A stretch of DNA of 64,000 bases from Octopus sinensis (lineage: Eukaryota), in contig NC_043009.1 of assembly GCF_006345805.1 (NCBI RefSeq), positions 31,062,001 to 31,126,000 of the forward strand, given 5' to 3'. Made by a program: the position numbers and the translations under genes. Shown here one piece after another: positions 37,176 through 51,084 of this stretch; the stretch's first letter is position 1; each line of letters opens with the position of its first letter. Below the pieces are notes generated by a model. That model was not told the DNA's origin, made no database searches, and saw nothing but the letters and a program-made list of their open reading frames with translations.

Positions 37176-39676
37176 ATTCATACAATATAATGTGATTGAA
37201 TATACTGTGGTCCTCTGAGACACACAGACACACACATGCTTGCACACACACGCACACAAACATACACACAAACACACACATATACACAAACACACGAGAG
37301 CAAATACATATTAACATACACAAATTGAGAATCACTGGTAGATGGTTAGCCATACTAATAGATATGTTGCCAGTTAAATAGGTAGATATAAAGCTAAGAT
37401 AATTCCTTTCAAGCTAACTAGCCATATGTTGTTGTTAGTTATTCAAGTTATTAATATCTCAACAATTGATCAATAATATCGTTTTATTCACTAAAGCTTT
37501 AACCAGATAAGCTGAATGTAATATTTGATTGGACAAAAATCTATAAATTAGTATCACATTAAAAAATAAACCTCGATAAATATATAAATACATAACATAA
37601 ATACATTCAGACAGTGGCATGCACAATGTATGCAGATATATGTTTGAACTAACCAACCTTATGGCATTAAAAATCTACATTTCGCTGTCTTTATCCAAAG
37701 ATCTAGAGCTGGTTTAAGTGTATATTCATGTGTTCATATCTGAAATCAATTTGTCTAGGAACAAATTAAATAATGGACATATACAGTTACCCTAATTCAT
37801 TAATTCCTTAATTACTAGTTCTCTCACTTTCAAAAGAAAACCAATGATGTTTGGATTGGTCTTTCAACACAATTTCCATCCAATAGATTAAATGTGAAGA
37901 GTACAACATCACGTCTTCAAAATAATGGATATATTACCAAATGGGGTGTATTTAAGTAATCTTTAACCAATAATCAAAGCTAAATATGTCTGTAACACTT
38001 ATGGCATGACTTGCCAATACAAATATTAGTGAATTTCTGTTGTAATAGATTTCTGTCTGGAATTTCTACTGAATTATGTTTCGTGATTAACAATGAGGAA
38101 TTTCCTACTCTCCAGATGACGGTAATATTTATTTTGGTGTATTGCAGGAAATTGAAACAACGGCAGCGATCTAGTAAAATTGAAACAATGACAGGATTCT
38201 AAGAAAATTCTGAAAATGTGATTTGACAAAGCCATAGTACCTTCTTTATGTGAAAACCACATTCAATACTTTTTTTTTTATCCATGGCCACACACACACA
38301 CGCACACACAAATACATACACACACAAACACACACACATATATTTTAGCATATCTTACATCTAAATATACCAACAAAGTATTTTTCTCAACACACAATAT
38401 ACCTATCATTCTCAAAATTTAAAAAAACAAAAATTGCACAAATCTTCATCCACAAATGCTAATTACCATCAACAGCAGAGTGGCTAAGAAAAGCTTTAAT
38501 TCAATTAGAAAATTTTGCAGCCCACTAAAAACCGGTTAGTGGCCCATTTTGGGGCTATGACCCACTTACTGCTTGCTGGCTTCTACAGTTGATCTTAAGA
38601 GATACTGCAAGATGGATTCTTAGAATCCCTTTTGAATATATATTTCTTTACTCTTTTAACAAGATCACATCGAACACAGCCGGAATATTGTTGAAATATA
38701 ACTAATAATTAACTCTCCCTCCCTATCACCCTTCTCTCTCTGTCACTCTCTTTTCCCCCCTCTATTTCTCTGTCACCCCTTATCTCTCTGTTTCTTACTC
38801 TTCTCTCATTCTGTCTCTGTCTCTCTCTTTTCTGACTTTCTATTTCTGCCTCTCTCTTTTTCTCTCTCTCTCTCTTTTTCGCTCTCTCTCTCTAATTCAA
38901 CATTTTACAGAGTTCAGCTTTTAGCCAAAAGACTATCACTTTAGACTCTTGTCTATGAAGATAGCCGATTATCAATTCCTGGTTGCAGGAACTGGAATAA
39001 AATCCTATAATGACATAACTAAATGAGAAGGAAGAAGGAAAACTCGAAAAATGACAAATATGGAAAATAAATCATTTCAAGAATGTTGCATTAATTATAT
39101 TTCCAATAAGATGATTTAGATTTTTTTCCAAAGTTCCATAAATCAGATTTCAGAATCGGTAAAGACAAAAGTTTCCTATAAACAACCAATTCACTTGTAA
39201 AACAAAACAAGATGAAAATGAATTGAAATCTTAAATTGTTTTCAAAGTGATTTTCGTTGCATTTTTATGAAATTATTTGTGGATATTCATTTATTATTAA
39301 TGACCTCAAAACTTAAAAGTTTTCACTAAATTCCCAATCTGGTTCCTCATAAATCATCTATGATTTTATAAATATATGTTTGCTGCTTTCTCTAACTAAT
39401 GTCTGCTGAATCTCCAGAAATAGTAGAAATGGTAAAGAAGAAAGAAAAAAGAAGCAAAAAAGAAAAGCAAAGAAAACAAATTCTAATACAAATAAGCTAA
39501 ATGTTGAAAGTGAAAGTTGTCGTTTAAAACAGAATTTTTAGCGGGAGGTTTATGCAAATAGGCAAGATACTATAACTGTGTGTGCATGCATGTGTGCATG
39601 TGTGTATGTGCATGTGTATATATGTGTGTGTATATATATATATATATACACACACACACATATATACACATATATA

Positions 39677-39748
<72 letters not shown>

Positions 39749-40344
39749 TGTGTGTTATGAGTAGGTGTGAAAATGAGGTTGTGTATTTGTATAGCAGGTA
39801 GAAATGGAGTGGTTTTTGAATTTGTAATGCATAAGACTTTTTGACTGATGAGCTGTGAATTTAAAACAGCAGAAAGTAATTTGAAAGAATCTCACGGTTT
39901 TTTTTTTTTTTTTTTTTTTGCTTCTTTCACTTTTCAACATTGATTCAACTTCATTTCTACACATTACTTGCCTATACTTATATATTTATAGATATTGTCC
40001 AATGCCATTGAGTTTATTTCCCTTATCTGTTAGACTTTAACCTCTGATCCCAACATACATGACACTGCTCAGGGTTCTGAGATACAAGCTCCCTATTCAA
40101 AAGTGATCTCAATTGAAACCTCTAATCAAAATTTCATGTTTATTTGTTCCACACACCGGCTTATTAATAACAAGTTTCTTTTTACTAAATTCTTCTTTAT
40201 TTTCAAGACTAGTTGAAACAAAAGCAATGCATGCCAATAGATACAAAGGTTGTGTGGTGCCAACTGAAATAATCTACCAAAAAGGTTCAACACATCAAGA
40301 GTGAACTTTTGCATTGCTCAAATGATATAGAAAATATCAGTTAA

Positions 40345-40730
40345 TTTCATCATCACCACTACCATCATCATTATTTAGCATCCAATTTTCTATGATTGAG
40401 GGGGTTGGATGGTTTGACTAGAACTGGTAAGCCGGAGAGCTGTACCAGGTTCCAGTCTGATTTGGTATGGTTACAAAAGCTGGATGCCCTTCCTAATGCC
40501 GACCACTCCAAGAGTGTAGTGGGTTCCATTTACATGTTACTGGCAGAGGTACCTTTTATGTGTTATCAGTACGAGTGCCTTTTGCTTGTCACTTGCACAG
40601 ATGCCTTTTACAAGTTACCAGCATGGGTACCCTTTACATGCTCTTGGCACTGGCAACGGTAATGATTTCACTTGGCTTTATAACTGCTCAAGTACAGCAA
40701 GATGCCAAAGGTCTTGATCACTTTCCTCTA
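40345..40730 (-). mobile_element. Old RTE 3' terminus
   Basis: agctggatgcccttcctaatgccgaccactcc motif, (CAT)-like tail at ~40345-40375, about five ~26-bp repeats at 40510-40650. Confidence 0.8.
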
Positions 40731-41689
40731 CATTACATAAATGAGGCTTGGGACTTTCTCTGTGTATAGCTTCCTTCCCTCGGTTTAAGGGACCCTAAAC
40801 GACATCATAGTTACTGTCCTTCGGAATATTGTAACAACAGAACAATTGGTCAGTTGACAGATGAACCGAAATCTGAGATATCTAAATACAAAAATAATTA
40901 TTCATCATAAACAATAGTGCTGTCATTGTGATGTCAAAGGAAAACAGATATTTGCACCAAGGGAATCAGTATGGGTGTGTCCATGAGAGAGGTATGAGTC
41001 AGCAATAACAGTGGATGGGTGAAGATGGAAAATTTCAAAGCCAAAGTTGATTGGTGGAAATACCTGCAGTTAGTTGACTTTAGCTTTACAAAATTACTGC
41101 TCAATTACCAGCAAAAAAAATCTATCTATCTTTGTCTATATCTATCTATTTATCTATCTGTCTATCTCTATATCTATAGACAGACAGAGTTTACTGTTAC
41201 TTTAAGGTAGGACCAACAAAACTACTCCATCTAGTGAGAGATAAATACCATTTAATGTGAACTATATTAAAGTATGAGCTATTAATAACTTCTTACCATG
41301 AAGACAGGCAGGTTTTGAGGATGTCTTCTTGCTTTCCTTCCTTCCTTCATCTCACCAGTCTCAGACACTGCTTATAACATCCATGAATGCTGCCCTTATC
41401 TGTGCATCCCCGAAGCCATTGACAAATCAATAAATAAATGTCACATAATAGGGTTAATTCAGTCAGATATGCCTCTACCAGAATCAGTACAGCCATCTGT
41501 CTGTGGCAAGGGCGTATTGCTTTGGAACTTGACCCATGGCTATTTGGTGCACTGTATCCTTGAGCAAGACACTCCGTTTCACATTAATTTATTTTCATCT
41601 GCACTCACCTGTAAATGAGTACCAACTGAGTGAGTGCTTGTGCTGCCTTGTCACTCTCCAGCTGTCACAGTTTCAATATTTTACCAAGG

Positions 41690-42237
41690 TCAGCCTAACT
41701 GGCTCCTGTGCCAGTAACACATAAAAAGTACCATCCAGTAGTTGATGATACTAGTGCCTCTTGACTTGCTCTTGTGCCAGTGGCACGTAAAATGCACCAT
41801 CCAAATGTAGCCAATGCCAGTGCCCCCTGACTGGCTCTCATGGCAGTGGAACGTAAAAAGCACTATTTGAACGTGATCGATGCCAGAGCTGCCTGACTGG
41901 CTCCTGTGCTGGTGGCACGTAAAAAGTACCATCTAAACATGGCTGAAGCTAGTGCCCCTTGACTGGCTCTTGTGCCAGTGGCATGTAAAATGCACTGTCC
42001 GAACGTGATTGATGCCAGGTCCACCTGACTGACGCCTGTGCTGGTGGCACATAAAAAGCAACTACTACACTCTTGGAGTGGTTGGCATTAGGAAAGGTAT
42101 CGAGCTATAGAAACCTTGCCAGATCAGACAGGAGCCTGGTGCAGCCACTGGCTTTCCAGACCTCAGTCAAACTGCCCAACCCATGCCAGTATTGAAAACG
42201 GACGTTAAATTTTGATGATGATGAAGATGATGATGAA
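41690..42237 (+). mobile_element. RTE 3'UTR and terminus with six ~65-bp tandem units
   Basis: gtgcc(a/g)gtggcacgtaaaa(a/t)gcacc cores near 41708, 41773, 41838, 41904, 41970, 42036; then ggagtggttggcattaggaaagg...aacccatgccag...ttgatgatgatg. A partial family B SINE precedes it (41505-41680). Confidence 0.9.
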
Positions 42238-42629
42238 GGTGTTTATGTCAGCTAATGACAACATGAATATATAACCCAATCAATGAAGGTATGGTATCTG
42301 CTTCTCTGAGTGCTGCTCACTTCTAATGATAGCCATGATGTGGTACCTTACTATCCTGCTGCTTATATGACCACCTTCCATTATCTTGTTAAAATATCAA
42401 AACCTGCAGTGTGTTCAAATTAACTACCGCTGTATCAATGTAATTAATGAGTTGAAGTGGTAGAGGTGTTAGAGGGTTGTGTGATGATATTTCTGTTCCC
42501 TCCATTCTGAGATCAAATCCTACTGAAATCAGCTTTGCTCTATGTTTTTGGTATTGTTGAGAGATAAAGCACCAATCTCAAGCAGGAGTGGATGGGAAGA
42601 GTAGAATCATTAATTTGCTTTGTACACAC

Positions 42630-43056
42630 CCATCTGTAGCATTCAGATTATTCTGTTAAATATAATGCTTATTTATTCAATTGTCTTGTATTAATCATGC
42701 ATCATCTCACAGCTGTGGGATTTTGATGAGGCGACTATTTATTTTTAGATTGACACCATAGGGTAAGGGTGGGGGGCCAGATCTGGCTGGTTTGAGCATT
42801 ATGCAGATAGAATTTTTTGGCCGGTTTAAATAATCTAAATTAAAATCTTTCATCAAAATTATGAGTTAATTTATGTTTCAAATACTAGCTTGATAATGAC
42901 AAAATGATTTTACTAAATTCTTTATTATTTTTTACAAAATTCTTTATTTACTAAATTCTATATTTTTACTAAATTCTTTATTATTCTTTATTATGAAAAC
43001 TAACAGAAATAAATGCAGTTTATCTTAAGAGAAATATGGTAACTAGAGGGTTAAAC
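42630..43056. mobile_element. piggyBac-like MITE remnant(s), composite
   Basis: The 5' part matches 58822-59048; the 3' end reads agaaatatggtaactagagggTTAA; local tttactaaattcttta tandem duplications lie inside. Confidence 0.55.
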
Positions 43057-44351
43057 CATCGTATATCAAAAAAACCAATTCATACTTTAAGTTTTAGCTT
43101 GGTAAATAATAATAATTTATAAACTTTATCACAATTTAATTGGAAGGAAAAATTTAATTTTTGTTATCCAAAATTTGGTTAATGTTTACCATATTAACCA
43201 GAAACAAAATAAAAAAATATATATAGTGCAACAGATGTAAAAAAAAAAAATATGTAGGAAACGAATATGAAAACAAAAAGGGGAAGCAACAGGGGTGGGA
43301 AGGCTTCGGAAAATTCACAAGATTAGAGTTTTTCCCCCCATAACTTTCAGGAAATTTTTTTTTTATAAATACCTCTAAGAATCGTTCGCTCTCAGGAAAA
43401 ATGGTGGGGGGCGGGGATATTTAATAACGAACCATGTAATTCAGACTCTGGAAAATTTATTTCTGTAAAATGTTTTTTTCTTAAATACACTAGATATAGA
43501 CTATAAATTTAAGATGTTTTTGAAAGATACTATATTTTAACATCAGAATATATATACTTTCTCACACCACAATTAAGATATATTTATTTTAAATTGTTCA
43601 TGTTTCTCCCCTCCGCCCATATGCACAAAAATTAGTTTGGGCTCGATTTTTATCATTTTTTTTCTTTAGTGAAAATCGTTGAGGTGAAAAGATCAATGGG
43701 GTGGGGGTGAAATTTCTTAGGTTTCCACCTCACTCCACCCCGTTTTTCGGACCCCAAAAAGGGTTTTGTAGCATATTAGGATGTCACAGGAATTCATTCA
43801 ACGAAAAGAAAGGAAAAAATTCCAATGATTTTAGGATGGGGCAGGGGTCCCCACTTCTTCCGAACCAAAGTAAGGGATTTGCAGCATACTAGGAGAGCAG
43901 AGTACTTGATCCCACGCAAAGAAAAAAAAAACGAGTTTTTTTTTCTTATTGAAAATCGTGCGGGTGTTAATATAAAAATTTACCAAATTAACCGAGATTA
44001 TTTAACAAATTATGCTTTACACTTTTATATTTAATTGTGCGTATATATTCCTTATTTTTGCTTCTGGTGTCTTCTGCCTTTCTATTAGAAACGTTTACCT
44101 GGGAATTTACTGAAAGAGAAGAAAAAAAACCGTATGTAACAGATAAGTCGTCTTCATAACATTTAGCTGTGTACCGTACCTTTAGCTGTTATTTTTAGCA
44201 ACTGGTGAGGGCTTCATTTGCCTTCATTGCCTGTTTGTTGCTTCAGGAGAAATCTATGGATGCACAAACGGAGAAAATGAAAGAAATATGAATGACTTGT
44301 TCAGAAACACCCGCAATTGGGGAACAGCTCTCAAAATTAGTCCCCAATTAT

Positions 44352-44972
44352 TTTCCCCCAAAATTCCTATGTCCTCGGAATCTACATAGTCTGAAGTATA
44401 TTTGTAGAGAAATATCCATTTTCTTGAGAGTTAAGACGAATTGAAGAGGACTCCGGTGAATTTTCCGAAATTCCCCACCCCAACTCCTAAAATACTTTCC
44501 CCCAATTTTGTATATTCGGAATCTAACATGATATGGCATAGCTATAGATTCCTGCCCCCCACTGACTTTGGATGATCATAACTTTCAGAAAAATGGATAT
44601 TTTTTAATGAAACTTTTTACGAATATTTGCTATATCATGTAGATTCCACAAATGCAAAACTTCTGGGGAAAGTATTTTAGGAGGGGGTGGGTGGGGAATT
44701 TCAGAAAATTCACTGGCGTCTACTTCAATTCGTCTTAACTTTCAAGAAAATAGATAATTTTTAATGAAATTTTCTACAAATATACCTCGGACTATGTAGA
44801 TTCAGAGAACATAAGAATTTTGGGGGCAAACAATTAAAAAATATCCATTTTTCTGAAAGTTATGATCATCCAAGGTCGGGGTGGGGGCAGGAATCTATAG
44901 TTATGTCCATGATATAACACATATTCGTAGAAAATTTCATTAAAAATATCCATTTTTCTGAGTTATGATCAT
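44352..44972. repeat. Nested modular inverted repeats (foldback-like)
   Basis: Arm 44352-44532 is the reverse complement of 44634-44830; the spacer (44542-44626) is reverse-complemented again at 44833-44900 and 44921-44972. Confidence 0.9.
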
Positions 44973-45478
44973 GGGGTGGCGTGCAGTAATCTGTATTTAT
45001 GCCTTTGAATCTTCAAAAAAGATTTCAGTTTTAACTTTCGGAAAATAAGCCCCAAAACAAAAATATATATATATATTCCATGAATCTTCTCAGCTGCAAA
45101 ACCCTTTGTATCAATGATGGAAGTTTTGTGTTACCTTTTTGCTGAATTCTGACTGGTGGGAATAAAATGACCTGTTAATTTTCATCTCTGTTCATATATA
45201 TGTGTGCGTTTGTGTGCATGTTTGCATTATCAGTACCATAAATTCCCATCTGCCTCCCTCTTTCTTTCTGCCTCTTTTTATTCCTTCACTGATGCTACCC
45301 CTTACTTTCGCTCCATTTCAACCCATTTCACACCATTCAATTCTTTCATCCCTCACTGTTGCCAGAGATAAAAGAGTTAATACTCTTAGACACACCCATG
45401 CATGTAAGTTCGTCTCCAGTTTATTTCTCCATAGGGAATTACGATGGCATTTCTTTCAGTACTGACCAGTTCTATCCT

Positions 45479-45523
<45 letters not shown>

Positions 45524-47011
45524 TACACTCACACACAAACACTACACATGCACATATGTGTTTGTAATAACCTACACACCACTAAATCGAAAGAAATAAT
45601 CTGTTCCCTCTTTAGTGATATCAGATCTGATGAACAATATGAAAATGACTTGTTGTTTCTAAAGTATCCAAAATTTGATAAAATTAAGAACTCATTCTCA
45701 AATTGTCCCCTTTCTCTATAGGTGTACTAAACATTGTGTACAAAAGGTATAAAAATTCAGCATAACTCTATGCATGCCCCACTAAAATATTACCATACTC
45801 CACCGGTGGGGCATGCACCCCACATTGAGAATCATGGCTGTAGAGAAAGTTATTTTTGAGTTCAAATTCCTCCATGGATCTTGTAACCAGAGCTAGATGC
45901 TTGATCATTACAGTACCCTGTACATCATGCTGTAATTAGACTGATGAAAATAGGTGCTTCCAACCACAATCGAAAAGCTGGCAATGATATATATAATATC
46001 CAACAAGTGATAGACAATGAAAGTAAATATTAACAATATTATATGGAGTGTTATTTTGCTGAAGCATTATTATTATTATATAATTTAATATGTAAAGCTA
46101 TATTTAATGGTTAGGATATATTTAGTATTGGTGTTGCTTTAAGATCATAATATTAGGGTTATAACCCTTAATGGATTTTAACACGCTAAGGATTACAATT
46201 CTAGGACCAGTCTCAAGACATAATTAGCTCATTTGTCAGCTAGGAATTTGGTTATATGATTTACAGAAATTAGAGGAAAGATTCCAATAATCAGCTTATG
46301 TGATGGCAAGATTTCTACCTGACAAAGCTGATAAATGGCTCCTGAAATGGTTGTGGTGCTGTTGTTAGTGACTTGCTGAAAGTATTTGGGGTTGTAAGTT
46401 GAAGTTATTAAATTGCATCATGACTAAATAAATTTAAGAACATTAAATATGGTTTAATACGAAAATTGATTTTGAATTTCTTTTCTTCTAAATCTAATAA
46501 AAGAAATACCAGCTTTATACTGAGGTTGATTGTATAAATTAGTCACAGTCTCTTGAAAAGTTGATCTTTTTTTTCCTGAGATTCATTCATTCCTTCCTTT
46601 TACATCCATTTTCCCATGCTAGCATGGGTTAGATGAATACATATCATTGAAGTTTCATTTTATAGCTGGATATCCTTACTGAGATTAACCCTCACCTGTG
46701 TTTTTTCCATTCATCTTTGCTGACAACGAATGCCAATGAAAGCCATTGTTTGTAAATCAATACTTCCATGCAAAGTGAAGAATGTAAACATGAGCTTCCA
46801 AACAGTTTCCATATGCCAAATCCACTGGTGTGCATCGATCAAGCCAAGGATATAATACAAGACAGGCCCAAAGTGCCGCACAATGGAATAGAACTCAAAA
46901 CCACATGATCACAAAGGAAATTCCATATCCATGAAGCCATGGCTGCACCTATTACAGATTCTCAATTGTTCCCTCCCCTCCAAATCTCTGCACTTGTGTC
47001 TATGTTAGAAA

Positions 47012-47053
<42 letters not shown>

Positions 47054-47289
47054 CATTATTATTATTATTATTAGGGTGGGGGTACAGTTGGTTGTCAGAA
47101 CTGCTAAGGCATTTGATAAAATACCTTGAAGCTGATACCCATGGCTCTTTGCATTGTGTGTTCAAATCCTGATGAGACTGAATTTACCTGTCATTTTCCC
47201 AGGGTTGATAAAATAATATACCAGTTAAATTGTGGTAGTGAGAGTGATATTTAATAAGCTGTCCTCTGCAAAGATATCTGGCCTCATGT

Positions 47290-47460
47290 CTATGTAATTA
47301 ATTATTATGATGTCTGGCCACAGAGAAATATTACCATCTTTGGAAATAGGTGAGGGCCAGCAGAATAAAGGCCATCTAACCAGAGAAAATCTGTCCCCAT
47401 AAACTTCATCTAACCCATGCATGCATTGAAAAGTGGATGTTAAAATGATGATGACGAGGG
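47290..47460 (+). mobile_element. SINE 3' part with RTE-type tail
   Basis: tgtctggccacagagaaatattacc...ggaaataggtgaggg...aacccatgcatgcattgaaaagtggatgttaaaatgatgatga; homologous to 23420-23575. Confidence 0.75.
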
Positions 47461-50416
47461 GTATGATGATGATGACTATTAGTTGCTAAAGACTGAAGAT
47501 TAAAATCATGTGTTGCTCATGTTTGAAAATGGTACTGCCAGTGTTTGTTCCTGCAAGCCTTTCTCTGACTAAAGTCAGAGGAGTCACAGAGTAACAAAAA
47601 TTTAAAAAATGAAATAAAACAGTTTACATGATTTCTCTCATCATGAAATATGAAGGCAGAAAGATGTTGCCAATGAGAAATGTCAGTTGAATAAACTAAT
47701 GAAATTAGCTTAATTAAGAATATGTGATATTTTCTAACATCGTCCAGTTGTTGTTCTACAATTAAATTAGGTTGACCGAATGTTGAACAAACATTGCATT
47801 TGTGTTTGTGGTGTGCATATTTGCATGTGTCTTTGGACATGTGTATGTCTTTGTGAATTAGTGTATATATGTTTATTGCAAGTATATGTGTGTGTGTGTG
47901 TTTGGTGTATGTATGTAAGTGTTTTTGTACATGTATGTTTGTTTGTGAATTTGTCTTTTGTGGGAGTGGAAATGAAATGAGTTGTGAGTCAAGTTATGTT
48001 AGATAGAGCAATTTCCTTATTTGGTATTTGACATTTATTCTTGATATCTTCTCATAGGAAAGGGGAAAAAATATTAATTTCCAAGCAAATCATAAATAAA
48101 TGAAGATAAAATAAAAAAAGGGAACTCTCATATAAGACTCTGAATCTCTTCTCTAATTACAAGAGATAGCTTTCTACCTTACTCCATGCACATCAACCTT
48201 CATCTCAGTTTCCTTTCTATGTAGCTGTCTGAAGGAAACTGCTTATCAAACCAGGTTCCATATTCACAAATTTTCTGGTTTTTCTTTTTTTCCTTCCAGA
48301 ACCATCCCTCTGCCATTATCTGCTAATGGATGGGTCATGAATCAATTAATTACAAGCAAACCATTGCAAGAACAAAAGTATTTCTCTCTTTCCTTCAGCA
48401 CACCCTTTTACCAATTTGCATCCCTTTTTCTGATTAATATTGGAACTATTACAATAATGGTAGTGGTTGTAGGTGAATTCTAAATTGCTATCATTAGAAA
48501 CTTTCATGTGGGAGAGAAGTCCATTATGTAACAATTGTCAGCAATACCATTCCATTCTTGTAGTGTATTAAGTAATACAAAAGCTTTATGGCTTCGGTAA
48601 TTCCAAGGGCTCCAGAGAATTATGCTGTTTTCATTTAAAACCTTGCAAATCATGTTTATGACATGCCATGAAGGTTATAGAAGGAGGTGAGGCTTTTAGA
48701 TCGTTCCCTAGGGTCTATAGAGGGAATCAGGATAAAATGATAACGTGTTTTAGATGAAATGACAGTTATGGGACTTTCAGTGAACTCGTTTGGAAAAAGT
48801 TCTGTTGTTTTTGAGCTCCAGCAAGAAAGAGAGAAAAGAAAGACTAAGGAGAGGATTGTGGGATTGACAAGGACTGTAATGGAACAAATTTAACACATGG
48901 GTGATCAATGTCTTAGGAAGGTTCCATTGATTAAAGCCAGCATTTGGTGAGGTGTTTTATACTCTGTGAGTGGCGGTGTCTTTTAGTAGGAATTGAATAG
49001 GGAATTTATTAAACGGTCATCATCATCACCACTGCAACAGTCATCACCATCATCATCATCATCAACCCATTCCTCTCTCCCTTGTTCATCCTCAACGCAG
49101 TAATTATTGCTCATCGATATCATCATTGTTTGGCTTTGCTCTTTCATGTTTGTTCTCTTGTCTATTGATGTCATTCTAACTGTTAGTACCATTGTTGCAG
49201 CCATCGTTGTCCTCATCGTAACCTCCCTTCCACCATCATCATCATCAGTAGCAGCAGCAACAATACCATCACCAACATCATTATCGATGTCACCTTGCCT
49301 CCCTTTCTTCACCACCATGGTCACTATCACTACCACTGCTGTCAAACTTATCATCATCATCATGATAAGCAATGACAGGATTACTGGTGGTGACATTCCC
49401 CCTTGTCTTGAAATCTTCCTTATTGTCATCGTATTATCTTCATCATCACCATTGTCACCTTCATAATTGTCATTGCTGTCATCGTCGTCTTTGCTGTTAT
49501 TGTCCCCATCACATGTTCCTATCTGTTAAACATTCCTTTTCATCTACACCCATGACCAGATTCACAGAGGTTTGCATAATTACATGTTACAGAACCAAAC
49601 CATCACCCAATACAACAATGAGATGGACAATAACACACAAAGCAAAACTATCAGATTACCACCCAAAACCATTCAACCTCATAATCTTGGAGAAACTATC
49701 CAAGAGATCATAGATTCTATGATTAAGCATAACTGCTAAATGGGTACATGTTAGAGATGTCATTGCTTCATGATCACATGAAGATATTATTGTTTCATGT
49801 TTGCGTGTAGACATAGCTGTTTCATCACAACATGAAGACCACATGTTATGGTTATTTCATGCCTTCATGCTTTATAGCTTTTTCCTTGATTACATTAAGA
49901 CATGGATATTTCATGGCTTCATGACTACTTGTTATTACCAAATAACACCTCTTTAATAAAGTAAATAAAAAAACTGCAATTTGAGGGAACACCTACGGCT
50001 AAAAGTGATAAAATTTACTTCAGCATCTGGGACAATTTTGCTGCTGCTGTGGCTACAGCAGTAAACATTGACATCCAAACAATAAAAGATAAAGTGGTTC
50101 CCAACTGACTGACATGGAGGTATTGACCAATGCTTGTCAACCTCAGATTTACAAGGATGTTTACTCCTTCAATACCTTCTACAGCTACTGCAATGGCCTC
50201 TGCTTTTTAGAACAGGCTGATCCCATGCTACACTTCCTTATTGCCCAAACCTTTCCTGCATAGTTTTGCACCAACCACTCGATCCATTCTTTCTCTGCCA
50301 GAACATAAAACCTTTGGAAGATCTTCAGCTGTATCAACTTCATTAGTCTTTGACGATGACTCAAGAGGACCAAGAATACAAGCGCTTTTTCCAGGTCAAA
50401 CTATGGAAAAGTTTAA

Positions 50417-50822
50417 GGATTAAAAGAGAAAAAATATGAGATTATTTTCATGGATATATTTGGCTTAAAGAATTAAATCAACAAAACTTATTCAGACCAA
50501 ATATTTATTTAGTAGTTTGAATACAATATTTAAAAACTATGTCTCTATACAAAATTATACATCTGGATAGATAAACATCCTAATATTACTAAATATTTAC
50601 ATTTAAAAAATTACTTTATAATCTATATATTTTTTTTATAACAAATCAATATTATTAAAACTGTAGATTTGATTTCTGATCTGTGTGTTCATTGACTGTG
50701 ATTTTAATTCCTCCATTTAAAATATAAATTAATCAATTAGGCTTGAAAAAATGTGGGAAAATGGGAACATGCCATCATCACAGTTGTGGGGATGATAGTT
50801 GTGAGTTGAATGGTTCCTTATG
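50417..50822 (+). repeat. AT-rich ~405-bp dispersed direct repeat, copy B
   Basis: Matches 22190-22594. Confidence 0.95.
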
Positions 50823-50828
50823 CTAGAG

Positions 50829-51062
50829 CAGTACTTCTCAACTGGGATCCATATAGCCCTTCATATAAGATTTTTTTTTTAGTTTAAATTTATACATCTA
50901 CAATACACTACATATTTTTACAATTTTTTAAATACAATTCCTTATAATATTTGATAATAAAAATTTTAAAGGATATTTTAAAACATCAAATGGGTAAAAG
51001 GACCAACTGAAGTGAAATATGAACTAAAGAGGTCGATAGATAAAAATGTTTGTGAACCACTG
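50829..51062. mobile_element. hAT-type MITE (234 bp)
   Basis: Imperfect TIRs cagtacttctcaac / gtttgtgaaccactg; perfect 8-bp TSD tgctagag at 50821-50828 and 51063-51070. Confidence 0.9.
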
Positions 51063-51084
51063 TGCTAGAGGTATGTCATAATAT

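Noticed and set aside
49990-50420. Higher-GC unique segment with long partly open frames on both strands
   Set aside because: Every frame has stops and I recognise no protein family; cannot be called a pseudogene without a tBLASTx search.
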